IMG/VR virus record: IMGVR_UViG_3300025280_000023
Span: 59,550-123,549 of that record
Reading direction: 5' to 3' (one strand)
Length of the DNA stretch: 64,000 nt
Source of the DNA: a virus
Below the pieces are notes generated by a model. The model searched no databases. It was not told where the DNA came from and saw only the letters and a list, made by a program, of their open reading frames with translations. Made by a program: the position numbers and the translations under genes. Position 1 is the stretch's first letter, and the number at the start of each line of letters is the position of its first letter. Of the stretch, positions 17,646 to 28,397 are shown in pieces.

Positions 17646-20576
17646 GTGATGAAACCAATATTAGAAAATTGGAATAGATTTGTCCATAGGCAATCTAAGT
17701 TGGTGCCTCTCCAAGATAAGCGGAAAAGGCTCTTAAACGAAATCAGCTATAAGAATGCAGAAGCTATCAACGATTGGTTTGGTGGCGATTATAGCAAACT
17801 TGCGCTCAGGAGACTGTTTGATGATAAGCTACGGTATTCTTTTCCTCTTCAAACCCAAGACGAGAGGTACCTGCTTAGAGCGATCAAATATCTCATAGAC
17901 GACAATTGGATGCCACCTGAAAACGAAGACGACGCTTCTTGGGCGAAAAGGCGCTTCTCTACTAAAGTTGTCAAGCAAAAGCTTCGAAAGCTCGATACCG
18001 GAGAAGAGTATGAGGTCGATGTTGAAGTTCCTGATTTAAAATTAGAGCGTTCCGTTGAGCGTGAGATCCCGAAAGGCCCCAGGGCAGGCGAGATTGTTAA
18101 GAGCAAGGAGGTTGCCAGCTTTGCAAAGGCGATGGCAAAGGCGGGCGTTCCAAAGCCATTGATGCAATGGTGGGAGCGAGCCCAAGGTCACTATACTAAA
18201 AACAGTGGCTGGAAGGCCATTGAAGACGCATTTATTAGCGGCGGCGGCAATGCTGGAATTGAATATTCTGTTGTTGTATCTCGTCATCCCATGGATGTTT
18301 TGAGAATGAGTGACATTGGAAATATTAAATCGTGTCATAGCGAAGGCGCGAGTTATTTCCAATGTGCCGTTGCCGAGTCAAGAGGGCATGGCGCTGTCGT
18401 ATATCTTATTCCCACGGATGAGCTAAAGGAGTTCTTGCGTGTTAAAGGCGAGGATGAGGAGATGTATGGTAGCGATGTAGACATGGCAAGCAGCGAGGAG
18501 ACGGAGTATAAGAAGCTGTCTGATTTTGATGATCAAGAGATCTTTAGAGACTCCGCTAGAGGAGTTGATGGTATCGTTGCCAAAGCAAGAGTTCGTCTAA
18601 GGCGTCTTGAGCTTGAAGGTGGCTACATGGCTAAAGAGTTTGCTATTCCGGAGCTTGCGACATATGGATCGCACCCCGCTGGCTTTGTTCAGGCCGTTTC
18701 AAAGGATACATGGGAAAGGCAAAAGGATCTCTTTGTAGCCAAAAGTGGACGCCTTCATTTGCCGAGCGATGACGAACTAAAGATAACAGGCGGAACCTAC
18801 AGAGATACAACTCCCGCTAGAATGTTAAACAACTTCTTTTCAGCGTCTGGAGAAAAGGTAGACAAATATCACGGCTTTATTGAAACAGAAGGTGGTGAAG
18901 AAGAACTAGAGAACCTATGGGAGATGTATGAAACAGAAATAGAAGAGCATAATGCTAGAGCTAGCAATGAATTAGAACACGCCTGGTTCCATGGGGAAGT
19001 AGATGGGCATGATGAGCCCTACGTAACCGTTTCTGCCGGTATGTCTATTACTGTTCCCTTGTCCTGGGAGGGCGCTATCGATGTTTCGGGAGGCGCACAA
19101 GCCGCCACCAAGGGTGATGTCCACGGGCAAGAGAAGTGGGTTCCTAACGACCAGTATAACTTAATACCCAACACACATGGGGATTACAAGGCGTCAGGAG
19201 CATTTGAGTCGCTTATTAAAGACATATCTGACTACCCGGAATCAATGGAGTGGAGTATTGGCTCTGGAACAGAGACGCCATGGGAAATAGAATTCCAATT
19301 GTATTATAATTGTGACGATTGCTACAATCCGGACAACGCCGGTTATTTTTTAGATTATATCCGCGATGATATTGACAAAAAACATGACGTAATCAAAGAA
19401 AAGATTCGCAAGGTCCTCATAGAAAATGGCTACATGCCTGCCGGCTACTTCGATGAATTGGAAAAAGAAGAAGAGAACAGAGAAGAGGGCACTATTAGAT
19501 TTGAAAACTTTGCCTTCATGGGTGATGAAAACAAGGATGGCACAATTGAGTTTATTTTAAGATATGCCGAACATGACCAGACTGAGAGTTTTTTACCCAC
19601 CGGATTAAGAATCCCATTGGTCCTGGCCAGGTCTGCTCCCGGCGAGCCCCCGATATACGATTCTCTAGCCCTAATGAGGGCTGGCCTTGGAACTAAAAAA
19701 GTTCAATTAAGAAGCGCTTATAGCGCGATTGCGCTTTCTCCACTTGCAGAATCCGAAGTAAACAAAAGATTGGCATCTCTAGAAAAGGCGGCCAATGAAC
19801 ATATTAGCAGGCAATTTCACCTGGATCTCGGTGACGGCTGGGAGCCCAAAGTATTCTCCGGCGTTGAAAATCTTAATCGTGCCGTGTTCTCAGTTTATTT
19901 TATGAACCAAAGCTGGCGTGGTTCGCCCACACCTAGTGAAGAAAGAGAAATCGGTTTTAATTTAAGAATTCAAATCCGATCTACCGACACTAAAGAAGAG
20001 ATTAATATTGCTTTAGAATATATTAGCTTTATTGATAGACACGTAGAAGAAATTAAAAGAACAGTAGCCGATGTCTTTAGCACTATTATGGAGTCCAAAG
20101 CTAAAGAAGTAGAAAAAGAAGAAAGGGAGTTCTTTGACGGCACCACAGCGAAAGGACTTATCATGCAAATATACCGCTCCAACGCCACCCTAATGAATAC
20201 TGACGAAGGTAAAGGCCGGGTCAAGATCGCTAAGTGGGTCGCTGAAAACTGGAGTACGATGAGCGATGATCAGAAGCGCATTTCAATTAATCAATATTTG
20301 GTTCCGATTGTGAACCGTAGTTACGGTGATAATTACGGGATCAACTTGTCTAGTCGAGCAAGTGATGAGCCGACCACCCCCTCGTTTTTTAGTGGATATC
20401 TTCCAGTGGGCCATGGACCCTGGGCTGGAACTGACTATAAGACCACCGAAATACCCTCCTGGGACGAAGATGAGGACATTGAGCAGGGTAGGGGCCTAGG
20501 CAAGGTGTTTGAATGCGTTCTAGGCCCCAAAACGGGCCTTATACGGTTAAGATTTAAGAGGGCTTTATTAGGATGA
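17646..20576 (+). CDS. large hypothetical protein, paralog of 7155..9359, with leader motif
   Basis: MKPILENWNRF; VSRHPMDVLRMSDI..SCHS..FQCAVAESRG..EIFRDSARGV..GGTYRD. Confidence 0.88.
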   Translation: MMKPILENWNRFVHRQSKLVPLQDKRKRLLNEISYKNAEAINDWFGGDYSKLALRRLFDDKLRYSFPLQTQDERYLLRAIKYLIDDNWMPPENEDDASWAKRRFSTKVVKQKLRKLDTGEEYEVDVEVPDLKLERSVEREIPKGPRAGEIVKSKEVASFAKAMAKAGVPKPLMQWWERAQGHYTKNSGWKAIEDAFISGGGNAGIEYSVVVSRHPMDVLRMSDIGNIKSCHSEGASYFQCAVAESRGHGAVVYLIPTDELKEFLRVKGEDEEMYGSDVDMASSEETEYKKLSDFDDQEIFRDSARGVDGIVAKARVRLRRLELEGGYMAKEFAIPELATYGSHPAGFVQAVSKDTWERQKDLFVAKSGRLHLPSDDELKITGGTYRDTTPARMLNNFFSASGEKVDKYHGFIETEGGEEELENLWEMYETEIEEHNARASNELEHAWFHGEVDGHDEPYVTVSAGMSITVPLSWEGAIDVSGGAQAATKGDVHGQEKWVPNDQYNLIPNTHGDYKASGAFESLIKDISDYPESMEWSIGSGTETPWEIEFQLYYNCDDCYNPDNAGYFLDYIRDDIDKKHDVIKEKIRKVLIENGYMPAGYFDELEKEEENREEGTIRFENFAFMGDENKDGTIEFILRYAEHDQTESFLPTGLRIPLVLARSAPGEPPIYDSLALMRAGLGTKKVQLRSAYSAIALSPLAESEVNKRLASLEKAANEHISRQFHLDLGDGWEPKVFSGVENLNRAVFSVYFMNQSWRGSPTPSEEREIGFNLRIQIRSTDTKEEINIALEYISFIDRHVEEIKRTVADVFSTIMESKAKEVEKEEREFFDGTTAKGLIMQIYRSNATLMNTDEGKGRVKIAKWVAENWSTMSDDQKRISINQYLVPIVNRSYGDNYGINLSSRASDEPTTPSFFSGYLPVGHGPWAGTDYKTTEIPSWDEDEDIEQGRGLGKVFECVLGPKTGLIRLRFKRALLG

Positions 20577-22492
20577 AAATAAAAATCACAAACAAAAACC
20601 AAATGCTGACTGAAGCCAAAGGCGATCCAAAGTTGCCAATTATCGGGTATAGAAGAGATGCCAAAGGTAATATAATTCCAGTTCGTGCCTCCTGGGAAGG
20701 CCTTAAGCAGCGCAGAAACCCTCTCTTCAAAGGAACTCCCCTTGGCAAAAAGGGAATGATTTCAAGAAGTGAGGCGGGTGGGGTGCTGCGTGGGGTGGAC
20801 CCAAACATCACATGGCTAGAATATATGAATAAGGATGTGTCCAGAGGCTACCCGCAGTCTGCCGTCTATGATTTAAAGCTTCCATGGAAGAGATCAGAGC
20901 AGCTTCGCGCTGCCGGCGATATGGCCAGAGATGTATTTTTCGCAGCTAAACAAAATGTCCTCGCAAGAATGAAAATGATGGCAGACCAATATGGTGCCGA
21001 GCGAGCACTTGAGATGATTGGTGTAAAAAAAGCGGAGGTGCGCAACCTCCGGCCCGTCGAGGCTCCAGGCCTGAAAGCAGTAAACGTCAGGTTACACCGG
21101 ACTCCTCAGGGCCCCGAACGCGCCAAAGCAATTGCCGCAGTGGGATACGATGCACCGGTTATGAAGAGATTTTACGCGCCGCTGGTTATAGAAAACCATG
21201 CTATACCTAGAGAAAACTGGGCTCTCTTGATCAGTGACGAGTTTGAAAATCTCTTTGGGCAACTATACGTTACCGGAAAATATGAACAGGTAACGTATGA
21301 ACCAAAACAGAAGTACGAAACCGTGACTACGAGAACTCCCGGTAGGGACGGAAGGATGGTCGTTGGAACAAAAAATGTAAGTCGAGATGTAAACGAGCTT
21401 GGTAAGTACGAGACCAGAACCGTAGATGCATTTGAGCTTTTGGAACCGAGGACGGGACGGGAAATAGACCAATATGAAAAGACTGGCCAGTGGCCAAAAG
21501 CAAGGCCAGGGCAAAAAAAGTCCCCGCGACAAAGGCTTAGCAGATTCGGGCTCCATCGAGCATTATGGGATTTGGCACCGGTATACGGGGTGCGCGCTGA
21601 CTCACTTGTAAACGCTCGCACAAAAGCAGTACAGCTAGCTCAGGTAGCCGCAGCTAAAACTAATACTAGAAAGTTCGGTTTGGTTAATCGCCTTGAACAC
21701 GATTCTAGTCTTGCACAAGAGGCTGCCGAACACTTAGAATTCTTAAAAAATACTGCTCCACCGGGCATGACCATGGAAGAGTGGGACAAGGAGTTCAGGG
21801 GGGTCCTGGCGGAGCTTGACGACGAATTAGCGCGTCCCGACTTGTCTCCAAAACAGAAGGCTCAAGTTGAGCTAGACCTCCAGGATATGAAAGCTCGCTT
21901 GCGAGGCCTACCGCATAAGCCAGATGTAGCGGCCACATATCCTGCCTCTGGATCTCCCCGAGTAAAGATGGGCTCTATTAAGCCAGCGATAAAAGTAGGT
22001 GCGGTAGGGGCAGTGGTTGCGACAATTTTATCCATACCTGACGTTGCGTATGCCTACGAATCAAATGGGTCACGGGCGGCCTTCGATAAAGCAATTGAGA
22101 TTCTACCAAGTGTTGTAGACCCAACTGGTTTTTATGATGTGGTCGTTGGACTACATACAATACTTTCCTCACCGGATCCCAAGAAAACATCAGAGATATA
22201 CGGCAAAGCAATTGGCCAAGGCCTTGGCGCATACCCGGAAAAGTTCCCAGGAGGGACAGATATAACCGGAGAACAACTGCCGCAGTTGCAGCTTCCGCTA
22301 GGTGAAAAACCGGAGACTCGTGAGGATCTTAAAACGCAGATAGATCTTGGAAAGACCTATGAGCCTCATGGCAATATACCGGAGCCTTCCAAAAGAACCT
22401 CGTCTCCTATACCAAAGGCCCACCGGCCCCTATATCAACAAGACCCAAGAACAAAGGAATGGATCGTAGATCCAGAGAGTTTAGAAAAATGA
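20573..22492 (+). CDS. large hypothetical protein with leader motif
   Basis: 639 aa ORF; MKIKITNKNQMLTE; hydrophobic segment near C-terminus. Confidence 0.85.
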   Translation: MKIKITNKNQMLTEAKGDPKLPIIGYRRDAKGNIIPVRASWEGLKQRRNPLFKGTPLGKKGMISRSEAGGVLRGVDPNITWLEYMNKDVSRGYPQSAVYDLKLPWKRSEQLRAAGDMARDVFFAAKQNVLARMKMMADQYGAERALEMIGVKKAEVRNLRPVEAPGLKAVNVRLHRTPQGPERAKAIAAVGYDAPVMKRFYAPLVIENHAIPRENWALLISDEFENLFGQLYVTGKYEQVTYEPKQKYETVTTRTPGRDGRMVVGTKNVSRDVNELGKYETRTVDAFELLEPRTGREIDQYEKTGQWPKARPGQKKSPRQRLSRFGLHRALWDLAPVYGVRADSLVNARTKAVQLAQVAAAKTNTRKFGLVNRLEHDSSLAQEAAEHLEFLKNTAPPGMTMEEWDKEFRGVLAELDDELARPDLSPKQKAQVELDLQDMKARLRGLPHKPDVAATYPASGSPRVKMGSIKPAIKVGAVGAVVATILSIPDVAYAYESNGSRAAFDKAIEILPSVVDPTGFYDVVVGLHTILSSPDPKKTSEIYGKAIGQGLGAYPEKFPGGTDITGEQLPQLQLPLGEKPETREDLKTQIDLGKTYEPHGNIPEPSKRTSSPIPKAHRPLYQQDPRTKEWIVDPESLEK

Positions 22493-22710
22493 AGCATTTA
22501 AAAGAAAATAATGAAACGTACTTCAGTCATCTTAAATTCGCTTTAAGTATTGGAACAAGCCTGATGATAAGAGGAGCACTTCTTATTCTTCATGCCTTTC
22601 TGCCCATGGTAACGATTCCAAAAAAATGGAGTCTTGACGACACCCTGAGAACAGTATATCGGTGGTCTGTTTATGCCAACAAAAGAAAGAAGGGGACCTT
22701 GAATGAATAG
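22489..22710 (+). CDS. DUF6356-like small membrane protein
   Basis: HLKENNETYFSHLKFA...LLILHAFLP pattern. Confidence 0.7.
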   Translation: MKHLKENNETYFSHLKFALSIGTSLMIRGALLILHAFLPMVTIPKKWSLDDTLRTVYRWSVYANKRKKGTLNE

Positions 22711-24838
22711 CGGTTGGAAAAGCTTCATCAACGAAGCAAAGCAAGATAAGAAATTTATAAAGAAATTTAATATTACTGTCTTGCAAAAGAATACGCCGAT
22801 GCCCGCAGAGGCAAACCCCAGGGAATACCATCAGCAGATCGCCCAGCAGGCAGAAGAAGGGCCAATGTTCAGTAAGGATATTCTTGAGATCATTGAAAAC
22901 TTAGAAGACAGATTCTTTCCAAGAGAGAACAGAAAAGTATACACAAAGTGGCTTGCAAATATTGTTCGAGAACACCACGGAAGGGTAGGAGGATACCTTC
23001 ACTACATGAAAGGACCGGAGGGTCTTCCCTATATAGTTGATTTTCTTAATGGAACCAGGGAATCAACGGAACCACTGTGGTCCCTGAATTGGGGCGGCAT
23101 GAAGGCCGCCGCTGAAGACTGGCACGAACAGTTTAAAGGAGTCGAGGATACCGGGCATTTTGAAAGCAAGAACGTTCTTCATGACTTTGGAAATGGGTAT
23201 ACAATAGTTGATGTGCCATCCGAAGACCTAGCGGCGGAAGGCAATAAGATGGGGCATTGTGTTGGTGGCTATTGTCCCGAGGTCGAGAAAGGCAAAATCA
23301 AGATCTACTCTCTTAGGGATCGCAATAACAATCCGCATGTGACAATAGAGTACTCTCTTGAGGGCGATGGGATTTATCAAATTAAAGGTAAGGAGAACAA
23401 AGCTCCTCATGAAAAATATGCTAAAATGATTTATCCATGGATTATTGAAAATTTTACCGCCGAGGAATACGCCGAAAGTGATGACTTTATAGCAATAATA
23501 CCCACAGAAGAAATCAAGTCCTTTATGAGGTCCGGGAAGCTGTCGCTGCCACGGGTTGCACGGATGGCGAGACAGGATGATGAATTAAATTCTTTGATTG
23601 TTGACACAATGATCAAACTTAAGCCCGTCGTCCAGGATAATACGCTTAAGCAGACTATAACGAATCTAAGATATAACAGTTCTTTTGACGACAAGCACCT
23701 TCTTAAACTTGTTGATACTATTGATGAAACAAAGGCTGATAAGAAGGATCTATTCATACTTAGATTGGCCGATTGGCCGTCACTACCTATGGATGTTTTA
23801 CTAAGGCTTTTTGAGAAAACAAAACATTATAGTGAATCTGGGCTTGGCGGCCCGAGCCGCCAGGGGCACGACTTATGGCGCACAATGATTAAAAACCTTT
23901 CAGAACGTAGTGACGCTCCGCCAGAATATTTGGAACAGATTTATGATATCGTACATCAGTTGCCTAATAATGCCTTTGGAAGCCGAGTAAGAGACAGGCT
24001 ACTAAAAAACGAAACCACCCCCGACAGCGTGATTAAAAAACACTTAAGCCAGTTTATTGTAGGAAAAAAACTATTATACCATGCCGACTGGAACGACTGG
24101 CGGGGTATGGACAGTGAAAAGCGCACCGACTTATATGATAAGGGGGACCGAGCAGAGCGCACGTATCGTAGCTTATCTTCTAGAGAAAATACGGATCCGA
24201 GGGTGCTGGACTTGCTGCTAGTGACTGCGTTAGAGAAAGACAGGGCGTTAGACGACTTTTTTAAAAAGGAAAAAGAAGAGCTTGGTGACGCTAGGATAGT
24301 GCAAGGCTCCCCATTGAGTATTGCCCTCCGGGAAAAAACCCGCAGCGCCGCTCAGTGGAAGATCGAGCTGTTTCGGAATCCCTCTCTCTCGGAGGCGAAC
24401 AGGAAGATCTTAACTAATAATTTAGCCCCTTACGAAATTCAACTATTGGCTGGCTCCCTAGAAAGCTTCAAAGTGTCAGAAGATACGGCTGTCCGACTAT
24501 TGGAAAAATCGCTCTCCGATTATATTGAATATTCTAAAGAGCTTGCAAATGCACGCACTAGAAAAGACCGTGTAGGAGAAAAGTTATCCAATTACAACTT
24601 GGGCGCGTTGGAGAGGGTTTTACAAGATATCCTCAACAGAAAAACCAGCAGGAAAAAAACAGAAGAATTCAATGATAAATTGTTGGCTGTGTCGTTAGAC
24701 GACTCCCTGTGGGGTAGAGATCCAAACCACCGCGACATAAAAAGGCAGAGGAGGATTTTAAAGTCGTTCTATAATAAAAACAAAAACAATATAGAAAATT
24801 TTAGAAACCACTATTGGCCTGAAGAACAAGAAAAGTAA
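22703..24838 (+). CDS. PcfJ-like domain protein with helical-repeat C-terminus
   Basis: LAAEGNKMGHCVGGY, IYSLRD..PHVTIE, QIKGKENKAP; leader WKSFINE. Confidence 0.8.
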   Translation: MNSGWKSFINEAKQDKKFIKKFNITVLQKNTPMPAEANPREYHQQIAQQAEEGPMFSKDILEIIENLEDRFFPRENRKVYTKWLANIVREHHGRVGGYLHYMKGPEGLPYIVDFLNGTRESTEPLWSLNWGGMKAAAEDWHEQFKGVEDTGHFESKNVLHDFGNGYTIVDVPSEDLAAEGNKMGHCVGGYCPEVEKGKIKIYSLRDRNNNPHVTIEYSLEGDGIYQIKGKENKAPHEKYAKMIYPWIIENFTAEEYAESDDFIAIIPTEEIKSFMRSGKLSLPRVARMARQDDELNSLIVDTMIKLKPVVQDNTLKQTITNLRYNSSFDDKHLLKLVDTIDETKADKKDLFILRLADWPSLPMDVLLRLFEKTKHYSESGLGGPSRQGHDLWRTMIKNLSERSDAPPEYLEQIYDIVHQLPNNAFGSRVRDRLLKNETTPDSVIKKHLSQFIVGKKLLYHADWNDWRGMDSEKRTDLYDKGDRAERTYRSLSSRENTDPRVLDLLLVTALEKDRALDDFFKKEKEELGDARIVQGSPLSIALREKTRSAAQWKIELFRNPSLSEANRKILTNNLAPYEIQLLAGSLESFKVSEDTAVRLLEKSLSDYIEYSKELANARTRKDRVGEKLSNYNLGALERVLQDILNRKTSRKKTEEFNDKLLAVSLDDSLWGRDPNHRDIKRQRRILKSFYNKNKNNIENFRNHYWPEEQEK

Positions 24839-24840
24839 CA

Positions 24841-25437
24841 ATGAAGATAACATTGAATAAAAAGAACAGATCCCTATTAACCGAAGAGACCGAGGTACTC
24901 TGGGGATACAAAATACCCTCGCATAAAAAAACATTCATCTCTTCCGAACCCTACAAGGGATTTAGAGACATGGAGCAAGAGAAAAACCCATTTACTTCCG
25001 AAAGCAACAACAAACCCAGGGGCCTGTGGTATGCATGCGGAGATGACTGGGTGTCGTGGTTGCGATATTCGGGGATGGCGTCTTGGGTAGACGACGCCCA
25101 CTACCTGTATGAAATAATTCCCGGAGATGATATCCTAAAGATCTCGTCGGGACTAGGTTTGAGGTGGCTTGTAAAAAACTTCCAAGACCAGAATTATTCC
25201 GGGTGGAGGAAGCTCAATTGGAAAAAACTCCAGGACGCTGGTTATACCGGAATAGAAATCTGCCCTTATAGCAAAGAATGGGAGTTCCAAGAGATCGATG
25301 GCAAGAACAGAATGATTCCTGGTCTCTGGTTTGGCGACTGGGATGTGGCCTCTGGGTGCATTTGGGATAAAAGAGGTATAAAAGACATCAAACTACTTAA
25401 GGCAAGGGGCGAGTTTCCAGATGAAGCTGATGATTGA
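24841..25437 (+). CDS. hypothetical protein (KPxGLW...WDxxS family, possibly ART-like fold)
   Basis: NKPRGLWYACG and DWDVASGCIW; leader MKITLNKKNRSLLTE. Confidence 0.75.
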   Translation: MKITLNKKNRSLLTEETEVLWGYKIPSHKKTFISSEPYKGFRDMEQEKNPFTSESNNKPRGLWYACGDDWVSWLRYSGMASWVDDAHYLYEIIPGDDILKISSGLGLRWLVKNFQDQNYSGWRKLNWKKLQDAGYTGIEICPYSKEWEFQEIDGKNRMIPGLWFGDWDVASGCIWDKRGIKDIKLLKARGEFPDEADD

Positions 25438-25729
25438 AAAATGGAGAAAGCACATAGTGGAACTAACACAGTTTGAAATATCGGACTACACGGATCCAGA
25501 GTCTGAAGTTAATCTTTTTAAGAACAGGCTGGGAACCGCTCAGCGCCTTGGCAAGGTCTTGGTAATGCAAAATAACATGAAAGAGAGTTTCAAAGTACTT
25601 TATAAGGCCCCATATTGGCTAATAATACGCAATGGACAGTTAGCTGAAACACTAAAGGACGTTCCAGATGTGGTTGATTATCTGGCCGGTGAACATGTTC
25701 TTTTCGACACAGTGGAAATTATAGAATGA
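25421..25729 (+). CDS. hypothetical protein with leader motif
   Basis: MKLMIEKWRKHIVE. Confidence 0.75.
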   Translation: MKLMIEKWRKHIVELTQFEISDYTDPESEVNLFKNRLGTAQRLGKVLVMQNNMKESFKVLYKAPYWLIIRNGQLAETLKDVPDVVDYLAGEHVLFDTVEIIE

Positions 25730-26502
25730 AATTACTATTTGAAAAATTCGATAGATTTTTAGCGTCCGTCCCCGGCAAGGATCTCGAAGGCAAAACCATT
25801 GTTTTATTTGGAGATTCCCAGATGATAGGCGCCCCCAAAGAAGGCAGAGATTATGCGCATCAGGCGCGAGTATTCGGCGTCCCGAAGACATTCAACTTCA
25901 GGAAAAAGGAAGGCTGGGTACGAAATGAGCATATGGGATCGAAGCTAGAATCCCTACTAAGGGCCCGTGGCGCTAATGTAATTAGAATTGCTAAGGGCGG
26001 GACAGGCTCTAGGTTTTGGAATAAAACCCTCACTAACCGGACGGCGGAGTACCTTAAGACGTTAAAACCAGATCAGGTTATTATAAGCTTAGGTGAGAAT
26101 GACTCTTGGCGTGGTGGTTATGGCAGAGATCAAAAACATATGACAAATTTTTTCAAAGACAACGCCCTGCCTCTTATGCAAAAATTAAAATCTATTTCTC
26201 CTAACGTCACATGGTTTGGACCAGCGCACAGACATAGTTCAACAAGTGGAGAAAAGGGCCTCAAAGTTAAGCGTGGAAGATTCGAAACAGATCGCCACCT
26301 GAGTGAATTCGGAAAGCAGGCAGGAGTTAACTATGTCTCAATGTTGGATTGGCCAGAAAGGGAACCGACGTTCCAGGGCCTGAGACCCAAAGAGATCCGG
26401 TATGATAAGATTCACTATAGAGGGCCAGCGGCTCAAGCATACGCCGATGAGATTAATCGAAACATTGCGCCAATTAAACCTTTGGACTCTACACTAGAAT
26501 AA
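25726..26502 (+). CDS. SGNH/GDSL-family hydrolase
   Basis: FGDSQ (block I), G (II), LGEND (III), DKIHY (V). Confidence 0.85.
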   Translation: MKLLFEKFDRFLASVPGKDLEGKTIVLFGDSQMIGAPKEGRDYAHQARVFGVPKTFNFRKKEGWVRNEHMGSKLESLLRARGANVIRIAKGGTGSRFWNKTLTNRTAEYLKTLKPDQVIISLGENDSWRGGYGRDQKHMTNFFKDNALPLMQKLKSISPNVTWFGPAHRHSSTSGEKGLKVKRGRFETDRHLSEFGKQAGVNYVSMLDWPEREPTFQGLRPKEIRYDKIHYRGPAAQAYADEINRNIAPIKPLDSTLE

Positions 26503-26812
26503 TATTTATTTCTAGCGCTCTTCGTGCATTTCATGGTATTAAAGGATAATAATAAATCCTGGAAAATATTATGGAATTTGAATTGTGGATGTTATTAGAG
26601 TTGTGCAAAGTAATGACCTTATCTTTGATTATTGCCATTATAGCGAATGCTTTAATCCCTCAACAAAACAATGATTAGAAATGCCATAAAAGAAATACTG
26701 ATTGGATGTGTATTAATAGCAATGTTTACCCTACTTATGAGAACTTGCGTGTTTATGGCTTATGAGCATGTAGATAAAACAGCAGAAGCTTTTATAATCA
26801 AAGGAGAATAAA

Positions 26813-27316
26813 GTGAGAGTTTTAAGAAATATTATACTGGCGGCCTTTCTTATGGGAACGCTGTCATTTACTGTCAATGCGGAGTATTCGGTCGGCTTTG
26901 CGGCGGGCGGCACACGAGGTGCTGGCGCTACTTTTAGAAGCCTGCCAGAAGACACCTCCTGGGGATGGCAAGTAACTGGGCTTCCTCTGGTTCATCCGGA
27001 CGGCGGAGTAGTGTCCCTGGGCGCACAAGCTGTCTACGTACTGCACAAAAGCCAGACAGGCATGGCTTACGCCACTCTTGGCGGGGGGACAGTAGCAATG
27101 TGGGACAACTGCACAGAGGAAGATTCAAAAGATGATATCTTTTGCGAAGATGAAAGTAACTGGGGTGTTGGCCTGGGACCGGGCTTAGGATTTGAACTAA
27201 GAATGGTAGACAACCTTGCGTTTGCACTAGATGTGCCGTTGGCAGTTCTGTTTGTCAATGAAGAGTTTCATGGTATCCTTCCGGTTCCCAATCTATCATT
27301 GATGTATTATTGGTAA
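26813..27316 (+). CDS. outer-membrane beta-barrel protein
   Basis: Signal peptide ending VNA, alternating amphipathic strands, aromatic C-terminus LMYYW. Confidence 0.7.
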   Translation: MRVLRNIILAAFLMGTLSFTVNAEYSVGFAAGGTRGAGATFRSLPEDTSWGWQVTGLPLVHPDGGVVSLGAQAVYVLHKSQTGMAYATLGGGTVAMWDNCTEEDSKDDIFCEDESNWGVGLGPGLGFELRMVDNLAFALDVPLAVLFVNEEFHGILPVPNLSLMYYW

Positions 27317-27320
27317 GAAC

Positions 27321-27935
27321 TTACTTCTTAGGACGTCTTAAAAGGAACCTCTTTTTGGGTTTCTTTTGTTCGTTAACATATCCACCAAAGTCGTCGTGGT
27401 CCATTTCATTCGTATAGAACTCTGCGGCTTTGCGACGCTCTTGTGTTCTTCGTTCTTCTTCGGCATCTTCGAGAGAATTAAACCAATCTTCACTCTGGCC
27501 GTCGGCGTCGATTTTGCCTGTTCTAGAATGAAGGTCCCACAAAGAGATCCCAAGATCTTGAGCCCAGCTTGTGTCTGACTCGCCCTCTCGGCGTGTAGAG
27601 TATGGCTTGCCTTGCCACTTAAACTTTGCTTGGCCTCTCTCCCTGGCCAAGCTGTAGGCGTCGTCGAAATTACCCACAACGTCCTTGTCGGGCGCTACGG
27701 TCTGCTGAATTTCAGGAGGTGCCACGCTGCGGGCTCCGGCCTCTTCACCGGTTGGCAGTGTCATGGGTCCTGCTGTTAGCTCGTCTTCTCTGGCATACGC
27801 GGGCTCTTCCAAGCCACAGCCACCGTCTCTACCAAAGGCGGATTCCCCAGTGCCGTGGCCGCCACCGTCTTCGTCGTCTCGTGTATACATTATATAACGA
27901 GCCCAATTTTCTAGCAAGGGCTTCATTTTGCTCAT
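27321..27935 (-). CDS. hypothetical protein with leader motif
   Basis: MSKMKPLLENWARY; FDDAYSLARERGQAKFKWQGKPYST motif; ATG 4 nt after CTATTTA. Confidence 0.8.
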   Translation of the reverse strand: MSKMKPLLENWARYIMYTRDDEDGGGHGTGESAFGRDGGCGLEEPAYAREDELTAGPMTLPTGEEAGARSVAPPEIQQTVAPDKDVVGNFDDAYSLARERGQAKFKWQGKPYSTRREGESDTSWAQDLGISLWDLHSRTGKIDADGQSEDWFNSLEDAEEERRTQERRKAAEFYTNEMDHDDFGGYVNEQKKPKKRFLLRRPKK

Positions 27936-27977
27936 GACATAAATAGGGTATAACAAAAAGAAAAAGCTATATATTAT

Positions 27978-28397
27978 ATGAAGTTAATACCAAGAATAAA
28001 ATATATATCCGTCGTGCTTTTAATGTTTTTAATAGCGGCGTGCTCCTCCGTGTGTCCCGAAGTAACGGGCACTACCTACATTAAAGAGTATCCTGTCGTT
28101 CTCTATTCTGCTTCTTGGTGTCACTGGTGTGGCGTAGCAAAAGAATTCCTTGATGACAATGAGATTGCCTATATCGAAAGAAACCTTGAAGATCCTAAAG
28201 AATACAAAAAACTTAAAGAAGTAGCCAAGGAGTTACAGTATGGGGGATCGCTAAATGTTGTTCCAATTTTTATTGTAAGGAACAGGATAATAACAGGCTT
28301 CAGACCAGAAAAGATTCTGTATATTTTAGATAAAACCAACGGGGTCGTAAAGAAGCTGACCAATCATGAATCTCCCAGAAGTATTATTTTTAAATGA
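27978..28397 (+). CDS. glutaredoxin-like lipoprotein
   Basis: Lipobox IAAC; YSASWCHWC; cis-Pro VVP; ITGF. Confidence 0.85.
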   Translation: MKLIPRIKYISVVLLMFLIAACSSVCPEVTGTTYIKEYPVVLYSASWCHWCGVAKEFLDDNEIAYIERNLEDPKEYKKLKEVAKELQYGGSLNVVPIFIVRNRIITGFRPEKILYILDKTNGVVKKLTNHESPRSIIFK

